Below, in pieces: positions 51,518 through 62,678 of a stretch of DNA of 64,000 bases. The translations under genes were made by a program, and so were the position numbers. This DNA is from Amoebophrya sp. A120 (lineage: Eukaryota; Protista; Dinoflagellata). The notes below the pieces were generated by a model that worked only from the letters and a program-made list of their open reading frames with translations, made no database searches and was not told the origin of the DNA. The DNA lies in the NCBI GenBank assembly GCA_905178155.1, contig CAJINV010000004.1, positions 4,458,518-4,522,517 of the forward strand, written 5' to 3'. Positions within the stretch are counted from its first letter, which is position 1. Every line of letters starts with the position of its first letter.

Positions 51518-54500
51518 ATGCTTGGAGCAACGACAAGGCTTTTCCTTGCGGCAGCTGCGTCGCAAGGTTCTTTACAGCTTGTAAACGCGGCAGCTGCAGC
51601 GGCCTCCTCTTCTGGAAGCAAGGATAATGCAGCTGGTCCCGTGTCTCCAACTGCCTTGAAAGTCGACTATCCCGCGAAACCAGCGACCTTTCTTTACGTC
51701 ACGAAATCCGAGTACGAGAAAAAGTTTCTGAACTCACTTCCGTCCGGCCACAAATGCCGAAACACGAAGGAGGTGCTGAAGCAGTCATTTGATAAAAAGA
51801 AAACCACCTTCTACATCACCGACGCAGACTGCAAACAAGCTTTCAATGCGTGGAAGACACGGGTAATATTGGTTAGGGAGAAGAGATTAGTGTGTCTGCT
51901 TTCTTTACTGCCGGAAGTTCATAGTTTTTCTGATGAAGAGTATGAAGAAATCCATATATTGTGCCGTACTCGACGTCCTGCAAAGCGGTGAAGATGACGA
52001 AAAAACAGATGCTCGTTTTACCTGACTAGCGCTCGGTTTTATCTAGCACTCGGTCAGGTGGAGACTTACAGAATTACAAGCGTGACTTGGCTGACCACCA
52101 TTTTGCAGGAAGTGTGAGTGTCATTGACAGGACTCTGTCACCACTTTTACAGGAAAAATCTACGTGTTGACCAGCACATCAATCCTCATCGCCCCAGGTA
52201 TCTCGGCTTGCTACTCCAACCGGCACGCAAAACGTGACCGTTCACTGCGAGCTCGCGCAGCTGCAAACGGTCGAGGAGGCGCTAACGGGGAAACCAATTT
52301 CCGCGAAGCGATCCCAGCGCATTTTGATGGTGCCGGTAAAATTGGACGTAGGTTCGGAGACGTGCCCTGCAAGTGAGCAAGCAGACGAGCAGACGCAGGA
52401 AATTTCCCTCCTGGACGACAATACAGTATTTTCATTCCTTTCTGTATCAATCTGTCTGGACACGACGTCATCTCCCATGCAGGCTACCAACCCATTTTGG
52501 AATCCTTTCCCTACGCCTTCTACTACTTCGAAAGTCACCAGATCTTTTCGCAGGGCAGCTGAAATTCAGTTCTTATAATTCTTTTACGTTAAAAACTCAA
52601 TCCACATAGAACATATAACAGCTCACCGGCCCCGCGCCCGCGAGTCCCCCGGCCGACATGGCTGCTGGCGTTGCTCTATGAACTGCAAAAGTATCGTACT
52701 CGTAGTAATTGCATTCATGCATTGCAAATCTTTGTCTTGAGGCAGATCCTCATTACAAATTTTATTTCTCGTGCTGAGTAAATTTGTAATGCATTTATAC
52801 GAGTATGATACTTTTGCAATGCATATGCTCAGTTGGCTTCTCCCATCAGCAGCCCGATCGCAGGATGTAGGCCGCGGACCTCCGCCAAGCGTAGCGCGGA
52901 CCACTTCTCCAGCAACATGATTAACCCGAACGACCCCCTGCTGCTTTCCCCGGCGGCAAAGCGCGCCCGAGGATCTTTAAGCAACGGCGAACAGCAAACG
53001 CGTTCCATTTTCAACCCGAAACGCTACCTCCTCGGGAAGCACGTCCCACGGCCGCAAAAAACGGCGTTTTCCGCGTTCACGGTCAAGGGGGTGCAGGAAC
53101 GCGGCGCGGTCAAGAACGTTTTTCTTCTGGCGGACAAGGAAGACGGACAGAAAATTCTCGAGTTCTGTTTCGAACAGGCTGCTTTGCACGCAAGAATTTT
53201 GTTGGACGTCACTGCTACTTACCGAAAGTACCAATCTTCCCGGGTGTATGCGCGCGCGGATCGGGATGGTATTTGGATTTGTTTCTAGGTTGTCGTTGTA
53301 TCTATAGATTATTGGAGGTACTTTGTCCGGGGTTCATAATTTCGTGCATCTGGATATGGAAGAACAACAACGTCGTTCCTGTGCAGGACTTAGACAGAAA
53401 CGGTGTATGAAGATCTTTGAGTTGCAGTTGATCTGATTTTGTACAACGAAACCGATCACGAGACTGTCGTGAAGAACGTGATGAATCCAGCTGTGATGAA
53501 CCAGGTGGTCAACAGTGTACGTAGCATGATGTAGCTCATCGATCTTCAGCACCTATTTATTTGGGGGCAAAGATCATAGACCACTGCACCAGGTACGACT
53601 GAGTTCATGCCCTTGACGGATTGGCTGTACCGCAAGGAAGACAATGGCATCGCTATCATTTGTAAAATCGTCCCCACCCCAGCATAGTTGTCATGCAAAT
53701 TTGCATGGTGAAAATGTCTCTCATGCGGAGCGCCATGAGAAACAATTTCCAGTCTTGTTTTGGCATTTGTCATGCTCCAATCAGCATGAGAAGCTGGATC
53801 TGTGATGCTGGCAAACTAGAAGATAAACAGGATTACACTACGAGGCCAAACTTGTCATGCGCAGCAGCCAAAGCTTACCGATTTGTGTTGCAGATTTCCC
53901 AACTTGACTATGGGGCGGGGACGTTTTTACACAGGATAATCGCCAGGAACGCCCGCGCCGAGACGGTAGTGATGGACGGGAAATTATTGTGAGGAAAAGC
54001 ATCCCCACCCCCCATAGTTGGCATGCAGATTTGCGATTACAGGAAGACTTGTAATGCGTATCTCCATGATGAGAGGCATAATTTCCAAACGCGTTCTGCA
54101 ATTTGTAATGCTATAAACAGGATGAGCAGATGGATTTGTGATCCGCGGTTGTCCTTGCTAACATGCACTACACTACGGACTGCAACTTGTCATGCGTGGC
54201 TCCCAAAGTTTTTGGATTTGCGTTGCTCAGTTCCCAACTTGACTATGGGGCGGGGACGTTTTTACATATGATAGAAATTAGACCGCGTCGAGCTGGCCGA
54301 TGGAGTTGCGCTTGAGGAAAGGAACTGGTACGACCAGAGTAAGTAGCATGTAAAAATAAATTCGAGGAAGTGGAAGCTTGAGTCAAAATACGATCAGCAC
54401 CACCGACTGGCTGCTGGATAAGTCGCAGCGCAAGGATAAGTCGCAATTTTCTACTTCTCTTGCTTCATCCTGTTGTAGCGGTGCTTATTACTCAAACAAG

Positions 54501-56382
54501 ATGACAGCACTCACAATCTTCATCGTCGGATGTAGTTGAAACACGCCCAACATCAGGTTGGCCGCCAAGCGCGCGGACTTTGTTCGAAAAACCACGGAGC
54601 TCGCCCGGAAAGTGCACAGCGGCGACGGCAGTGCGTTCCAGAAGCTGAAGTGCGAGCTAAAGCGCGGGCGGTTCGACACAGCGCTGAAGTCCAGCTTTGG
54701 GGCGCTGAAGAATTACAAGACGCGCCGGAGCCTGCAGTGGGTCAGCTACATCGGGGTCGTCGCTGCCAGCTATCTGTTGTCCAATGTGGTGGCGAATGCA
54801 GCAGGAAAAGTTGTTGGGCCTGCAGCCGCTAATTTCGCGGCGCAGGCGGCGCCGGAGCAAGTATGGAAGCGTCAGGATTGAAATCGTCAGAGTTGAAATT
54901 GTTTGTGATGCATAAAATGCATGACCCGAGGTACGTGCGTTGCAGAGCAGGCAAGTGAGGCCGATTGTAAGCCTGTTTGGGGCTAGAGCTCGAGCAGCTA
55001 AAGCAGCATGAGAAAATCGGTCTTCTTTGCCTAAACAGCATGACAAACTGGATTTAGGGAGCGCCAAAATTTGTCATGCTCCGCTTGGAAACTGGGCTCC
55101 AACTGGCATCCATTTTTTGCATGACAAATCATTTCAACTTTGTCGATTTCAAACCTGACGCTTCCATAGCAAGTAAGTGTTCAGTATATGGCGCAATGGA
55201 TTCCTTCGATTTCGAACAGAATCACCATTCCGGTTATCCAGGAGAAAACAACCAGCCCCATCCATTTTATGCATGACAAACACAGGATATCATACATGTT
55301 TTGCATGACAAATTGGGTGGTGATGGTTGTTTTTTTGTGGATACCGGTGAAGGGACCGGCGCAGCTGCTAGCCAACTACATCCCCTCAACGTTTTGGGAA
55401 AAAAACGCGGCTGCCTACCTGAAGCGAAAAATGCAGGAGTATTTTTTATTTCAATGATTGTTTATTTTGCTTGCTTTGTGTTTTTAAGTTCTGGATTTTG
55501 GCATGCCGGAAATGGAAAAAGAATACCGATAAATAAGGGCGCGAAGAATGACCGTAGAGTTTTCGTTTTGATATCTTCTTCAAGAAGATGAATGAAAGAG
55601 TGCAAGAGGAGCTGCACGAGGACCAGAGCTACTCGTATTAATTCTCTCTCTCTCTCTCTCTCAACATCTATCATGAGAAAATAAATAACTCTGCAGACAT
55701 GGTGCTCTTTTCATGGTTGCCGGTGCGGGATTCATCCAGTATGACGTACTGGGAAAGCTCATGAATTACCTCTCCCCCGAAGGCGACTTGAAGGACGCCA
55801 TCAAGTTTGACGAGAAAGAAATGAAGAAGTTGGCTACGGAATTCGCCAACGTTCGCAGCGACCTGGTTGCGCTAAAGGAAAACGACTACATCTACGTGAA
55901 CAGGGAGGGAAACACCCTGAGCTTTTGGCAAAAGTTCTTCGCGAGCGAGGACTTGATTTTCCACGAGGGAAGCTTTGGAAAGGTGGTGAAGACTCCAACC
56001 GGGCCAATCAAACCGAATGGGGCGGGAATGTATAGGAACAAACTTCTTGTTTCGTTCTATGTACAACTTTCTTCCTGTTGTGCTAACTATTGATGGCTGG
56101 TGATCTTTCAGCACGTAGTTATGCACACGGACATGTTGAGACGTACTTTTAGTTTTACATCCATTACGACCCCTTCTCCACTGAAATTTACTTGCTCCTC
56201 ATCCTCACAGGTACGAATTCGTCCCGGAAGGCATGTCCAAGACGGACAAGCTGGAAATTCTTTGGAATGTGGGTGGCGGCGACACGCCGGAAGTTACTGC
56301 CCGCTCGGGGCAGCACAAACCCGCGACACTCAAGAAGTTTTTAGCCGAGGGAAAAATGATGAAGATTACCCCGAAAAAGTGA
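51518..56382 (+). CDS. Hypothetical signal-peptide-bearing protein; 5 introner introns and several canonical introns
   Basis: MLGATTRLFLAAAASQGSLQLVNA start; frames rejoin across the elements; last exon ends KMMKITPKK* (TGA 56380-56382). Exon structure at 51860-52620 is uncertain. Confidence 0.65.
52677..52825. mobile_element. Introner family A
   Basis: TSD TGCTC; removal gives GVAQLASP. Confidence 0.92.
53654..53938. mobile_element. Introner family D
   Basis: TSD ATCGC; removal gives NGIARNAR. Confidence 0.92.
53985..54273. mobile_element. Introner family D
   Basis: TSD GAAAT; removal gives MDGKLDRVEL. Confidence 0.9.
54862..55168. mobile_element. Introner family E
   Basis: TSD GCAAG; removal gives PEQVSVQYMAQ. 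Confidence 0.92.
55235..55343. mobile_element. Introner family C
   Basis: TSD CCGGT; removal gives TIPVKGPAQ. Confidence 0.92.
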
Positions 56383-57819
56383 TGAGCAAGTTCGGGGGAG
56401 TAGTTGCACCGGAATAAAAAGATTATTGATGAACAAAATCAGAGAAGAAATAAAGGTTTTTTTGCGGAGAAGTTCACAGATGGTGATGTTTTTGGGGTAT
56501 TGATGTCCCGATGAACATCAAATTTGTACATCAACTTTGAAGGGTCGTGCGGGTGGAAAATGAACCTCACACAGAGAAAGTTGAAGTTGTGCTACGCCCG
56601 CGCAATGATGCGGAACACCACGAGTATGAGTATGAATATAGCAAGTTGCACACTTAGCGAAAATATTAACGATGGACGCCGTCCTCGACCTCGCGGGATG
56701 ATATGCGCATCACATCTAGAGAGAGAGTCAGGGTCTTACGTGGACTTCTACTATGATCCGACTTTATGATTTTAGGTAGGACAACTTCAAATAAGTAGCG
56801 CGGCCGAGCAAGCAGAGCCACTTCGAATTTCAATATAGACAATAAGGAAAGGACACAGTAAAACTTGTTTTTATTTGCAACAACTTCGTGCGACTCGGTC
56901 GTCGCACGGGGGCACGACGAAGCAGGAGCTTCCCGTATAGTTTTGCTTTTACTCTTGAGAATACAGCATAGCGAAGGTACGATGAACTACGGCTGCCTAG
57001 AAGATAGTTTGCACGCACCTGAGTGGTAAAGACGTTTGGAGGAGTATGTGCCTCACGGCCTGGACACACGGCCTGGACATGTGTCACATATGCTTTTTGC
57101 ACATCCTCGTGTTCGCCACTCTCTGCCTCAAGAGCAGGGCAGCGTGGTCACTCACCCAAACCGTGCGGTTGCGGTTGGGTAATAGTACTGATACATCATA
57201 TATGAGAGTACTTAGGGAGATGCAAGGATCAGAAATTGCAGCAAACAAGGCTAAGGGTAAGGAGCATAAGCGCACACAAAAACAGAGAGGGATATCGGAC
57301 GATAGTATGTCGTACTACTACAACATGCTGAGCGAAAAGAGGGCATTCCAATATCTTGGCTTTCTTGCAGCATTTTTTATGAACAAAAGCTGAGCCACCA
57401 TGCGCCCAGCCAGGTCCAATCCTATTAGGAGTATGATGGAGGTTGAGCGCGAAGTTTACAACTTTAGGTGCATAAGCATACTAGACACGACGGAGCAAAA
57501 AAAAAAAACAGAAACTGAGTGTAACTAAAGATAAAGTCCGTCGTCCGTATAGGATCTATCGGAACTGCGCGTCTTCTGTAGAGGATGACCATTATCATTG
57601 TGATGTCGCAAAGCATATAAGCAAATTTTGTTTTCTGATGTCTACTTCCGCTCCGGTTTGTGGAAATTTATCTTGTAAAACCTAAGCCAGAACAAGAATC
57701 TCCTACGTCTGACTCTGAGCACGTACTCTGCGTGGTCGCGACGGGGCAGATTTTATCTGGATGATGAGAGCAGCACATCTACCATTCGTGTTTTCTTTTT
57801 CTTTTACTTTTTCCCACGA

Positions 57820-60800
57820 ATGGCGAACGCAAATCATCCCATTGCGTCACCAAAAAAAATGCTAAGCTCGTCTGAGAATGCTACCTCACCAGAAGAGACA
57901 GTACTAGAGAGTCCTCCTACAACCACTGCATGTGATCATGTAGATGAAAGTGAGAACAATATTACATCCAAGATGAAGGAACAAGTATCGGAGCCGCGTG
58001 GTTTTACTGCACCTAGTACTTCGACCACTGCACAACCACTTTCCAACAGCAACATCAAGCTGACCAGCCTCGCGGTCGCCCTGATCGCCTTCCCGTGTTT
58101 GACCGTGATCCAGGTCATCGCGCGCATCGAAAACAGCGACCGCGAAAACCGGTCCGAGGCGGTGTTTCCCGAAACCCCCGGGGTCGGCACACCGCCGATA
58201 AGTTTGTTGTTTACCAAAACGGTGTTTCTGCGCTACTGGACGCTGATCTGCTTCTCCTGCATCAGTCTCGGCATCGTGCTGCAGAGCTTCTTTATCCGAG
58301 CGCGCCACTTGAAGGCCGTGGCGCTGCTGGAAGATGTGGACGAGAAAGTGCTTTTTGGAAGATTTTTTGCAGCAGGTTCAGCTTCAGCCCCCGCTGACCA
58401 AGGTCGTGTTATTGATGACGAGACGACTGCAGGAGTCTCCTTTTCAACGATAGCGCCTCCGGACGAAGATGCGACCGTTGGGACGACGACGAAGAAGAAC
58501 AAAGGTGATAAGTATGGAACAGCTGCCGCGTCAGCACAAATTGATAAGTATGAACTGCAAAAGTATCGTACTCGTATAAATGCATGACAAATTATTTTCT
58601 CAGCATGAGAAATAAAATGTGTATTGCGGATTTACCATAACAAAAAGATTTGTATATGCGTGACCGCAAATACTACGAGTACGATACGTTTGCACAGGAT
58701 GATAAGGGTAATTACGACGACGATCCTGTGATCAATCTGAAGCTGCAACGGGTCGTGGGTTTGAAGAGAAAAAATAGCTGTTCATCCTCCTGCTCTTCGC
58801 GGCGGCGCTCGCTACAGCCCCGAGTTCAAGCAATAATTGCCACCGCGAGCCCCCGAAGAAATTGCTTGGTCGCAGTACGACAAGGTCAGCATCTTCATGC
58901 ACCCCGTGGGCCGTCGTCGTCGAGCACGAGTCGAAGCGCTGTCGGTGGTCTTTCAACCCGGGCCCAGCAGCTGCAGCAGAGACGGAGGAATAGCCCACCA
59001 CCTGATGCTGGCCGTGACGAAGATGCACCCGGGGATCCTCGTGGGGGAGAGGTTGTCATCTCACTTGCCAACATCAACAACTCGCAGCCCAGCATCACCC
59101 CGTTCTCGCCCGGAACGGTAAGCCAGGCGTCGACGACTGTTGACGACATTCCGTACCGGAAAACGCGGGAAGCAGCAGGGCAGATGAAAAGTGAAAAAAA
59201 CCGCTCAACATCTTCGGTGCAAGCCCAACCTTGCTGTTGTTCCATTCCGCGGAGGCCGCAGGAGGCACGAGCTGGTGGTGCAGTCGATAGTGGCAGAGAA
59301 AAGCAAGATCACGAAGATCAAGAGGAGGACCTGCCAGACGAAAATAATCAGACTTGGGTTTGCGTTGGGCTCAGCAAGCCACAGGAAGAAACAGCGCGCG
59401 CGGCTGAAAGTTGTACAACCCATGAACAACCTGCTCCGACGCAACACCAGAGTCAGTTTCTCTTCACGCGGCCCGAAGCGGAGCTGGCGATCCAGCGAAA
59501 CCACAAAGCGCTACTGATTTCCGCTACCGGGTTGTTTCTGCTCGCGTTTTTTCCCTGGCCGGAGAAGGCGATGGAGGACGCAGAGGGGAACTTCGTGCAC
59601 ACGCAAGAGATATGGACCGCAAAAGTATCGTACTAGTATGAATCGCAATACAAATTGGCTTGGCCTTACAAATCAAATTTGTAATGCGGATTTACCTAAC
59701 CAACTAGATTTGTAGTGCATAACTGCGATGACTACGAGTGCGATAGTTTTGCACAGGATAAGAGAACAGCTTCCAGCTCATCGTGCACGCTGTAGCCGCG
59801 CAGACCTTTTTCTTCGCGGCATCCGTGCACGTGTTTGGCGTGTGGTGGCTGATGCGAGGGCTCTTCTTTCAGTTTGAAAGGACGACGAGGACTACTACAA
59901 CTGCAGGAGGACGAGGTGCGACGTCATTTTCGTCATCGTTCAGCACGAGCGGTGAAGCGGTCATGGAGCCGGGTGGAAATTATAGTGGAACTAGTACCAG
60001 CAAGAACGTCTATGCAGTCGGGCTTCACGACGACGACGACCAGAATCATTATAGCGAGAAGGTTTCAAGTCCAGGAAATAACCTCCAGCCTCTCAAGGAA
60101 CATTCGAGTACTCTCGCGGGACCAACTAGTAGCGCTGGTGGGGAAGATGTCGAGTCGCGACCACCCGCCGTGGTTGAAGTGTGGGAAGATCATGCGGTTT
60201 CGCCGAACTCCGGATCCAAGGAGGAGGACATGAAAACAGCAATAGACGATGGACAACGGGGTGGACAACTACATGTTCTTCTTGACGGTGCTCTTACACA
60301 GGAATCCGTAGCCCCCGCAGAGGCCGCGCGTAGACTGCAGAACCCGATGGATTTGATTCTAGACACTACGCCAACAGGACGCGGCGGGAATAGTACGGAA
60401 GGATCATCCATCCTCAACGCAGATGCGACGAACAGGTCGTCTCTAGGAGGAGATGCGGCCCAAAAACCAAGAACCAACACCGCTCCCTCGCTGCTCCCGG
60501 GTGATCAGAACAAAGAATTCTGGGAGCCCAGCCCTTCCTCGCGCGGCCACGGCGGAACAGGTCTACGTGGACATGACGGTGGCCACAACATCGCAGACAG
60601 CAAGCAGAGCCTGCCACGAACGCCCGCCTCGGCAGCAACGCCGCTGGACCAGCACCTACGACCGGGGAAGATTTTGAACCAGGGTGAAGAAAATAATGAT
60701 GGCTTCGACTTCGTCGACTCTACTTCAAAATTGACCGCGACAAACCTGTTTGCAACGGATGAAAATTATACGGGAAAAAATCGCGTCAACGTTTCGCCAG

Positions 60801-61762
60801 ACGATAGAACAATGTCGCCGACGTCGCAGCGCGGCTTGCACGATGTGGCACTGGATGTTGATTCTCCCGAAGGAAATCGCCTGCATTTCGAGCTTTTGCG
60901 TGACTCCACCAGGGGGGATGTTGCTCTAATGAGCAAGGGCAGCAAGAACGTAAACGAGGCAGAATTTCCGAACTCCACATCCGCTAGTACACAACCAGAA
61001 CTACTCGCCCTCCCTGCCATCTCGCGGGGCAATGCGCATGCTGCACAGCGACGGTTGTGGCTGATCCTGATGGGCTTTGGTGCCTGCGCCGTATGGTATC
61101 AAATGCAAATATGTCTGGGTCTGGAAGAATGCAACTTGTCATGCAGATTTTCCATGACCCATATGGTCTGGAATGCGGGACCTAGCATGACAAACTCTGC
61201 CAGGTTTCTGTCATGCCTATCCTGCCTGAGAAATCGCCTCCCAACTTGGTCAAAAGTGGACAGCTTTTGGCATTCATGCAATACAGACTTTAGAATGATT
61301 CAGAGGTAGCATCACAAGTTACTGTCTTGCAGACCCAGACATATTTGCAATGCACATGTGGTCGAGCATAACCATCGCGGTCTCCTTCACGGGTTTCCTA
61401 TGCATTGCAAAAGTATCGTACTCGTACTAATTGCAGTATACGCATTACAAATCTAGTTGTTAACGTAAATCAGCATTACAAATTCAAATTTGTATATGCT
61501 GAGCTACTTTGTATTGCGATTTATACTAGTACGATACTCTTGCACAGGATATTTCCTGTTCAGCGACCAAACCAGTTTCCGCAGCAGCATGGGCGTAGCG
61601 CAATACGTCATGATTCTGAGTCTTCTCGGCTACACCTCCGGCCCCATGGGACTCTTCGTCGACGAAGATCCGCTATTGTCCTTGGGGGTAGATAAAGCTC
61701 CTGGCGCTGACAGTGCTGAAGAAAATGACAGTTCTGGTGCTGGTGGAGGTGGCGCCACCTGA
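57820..61762 (+). CDS. Frag1/DRAM/Sfk1-like multi-pass membrane protein with very long low-complexity loops; 4 introners
   Basis: PPISLLF after the first TM segment; GLFLLAFFPW...IVHAVAAQTFF pattern; six hydrophobic segments after splicing. Family call is from remembered motif pattern. Confidence 0.75.
58549..58701. mobile_element. Introner family A; right end ATG instead of ATA
   Basis: TSD ATAAG; removal gives QIDKGNYDD. Confidence 0.9.
59611..59760. mobile_element. Introner family A
   Basis: TSD AGAGA; removal gives TQENSFQLIVH. Confidence 0.92.
61097..61356. mobile_element. Introner family B; right end ACA instead of ATA
   Basis: TSD TATGG/TGTGG; removal gives CAVWSSITI. Confidence 0.9.
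61399..61551. mobile_element. Introner family A
   Basis: TSD TTTCC; removal gives FTGFLFSDQ. Confidence 0.93.
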
Positions 61763-62678
61763 AAAGAACGAAGTGCGGTAGTTGACTTCATCATGGATGT
61801 TGAGATTGACGCTTAGTTTATCTTATCCTTATACTACATTGGTTCGACGACGACGTCCGCTCCCCCCCACATACTCCGCGGTGGATAGCAATGCGACACC
61901 AAAAATCTCCTATAACTTTTGCTTCTAAACTTTTGTTTCACGTACAAATAAACACATGAGAATAAAGGACCACCACGCGAATAGCGCAAGCGCGGTTATC
62001 CTTGCCGAACATCTTCACGACGTATAGGTGTGTGATAAAAACCCTGAAGATGATTTGGATCCCAACCAACCTCTGTATGCGTGTAACATACTTCTTCGTA
62101 AAGAAAGTTGTAGATGATCAAGATGAGTACAGTATTATGGATTTTCTTGTGATGGTGCTTTGCTATTTCACATCAGCAGTTTATTGGTGCGTGCGCTAGA
62201 TATGATACAAGCGCGACGATGTTATTGGTTCGTCTCCTCAGAAAATTATATCGTTCCAGCATCTTCATGATCATGCCTGTCATTGTCCCATCTTGGAATT
62301 TTTGATGAGCCCGCGTTTTTTGATTTTGTGTCGCTGTCTGTTTCACGCAGGGCAAGATGGATCGTGGTTGTTTTTTTTGCAAAGGAGAGAAGGCAAATGA
62401 CCTCGCGAGGACCAACGCGAAGGAATCGTGTTCGTCGTGTGGCGCTTTTGAATTTCTTCCCTTAAAAACGAGCCCAGAACGGGAAGTAGAACAGTGAAAT
62501 ATGCGGTTCGGGTTAGAAAGACGGTGAGCAAGAATTCGCTAAAATCATGACGGTAAAGAAAATGGTTGCGCAGCACGCTACTATAGGACCACGGAAGCGA
62601 ACTACGGTCGGACGCCACACCACAGTAGTTAATACCCGGGGAAGTAGAGAGCATCTGGGTCAACACGAGGACAACACG

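Noticed and set aside
771-61551. Recurrent peptides in the ORF track (QKYRTR, KMSGSG, PDPDIF, CKSIVLV) as a protein repeat domain
   Set aside because: They are translations of introner TIRs, not exon sequence
771-61551. Interrupted genes as pseudogenes
   Set aside because: Frames restore exactly at all 36 sites, and DRC1 and cytochrome b5 motifs are intact
771-61551. Ciliate-type IES DNA elimination
   Set aside because: 5-bp variable TSDs with long TIRs, standard stop codon use and coexisting GT-AG introns fit introners better; not formally excluded without comparing DNA and RNA reads
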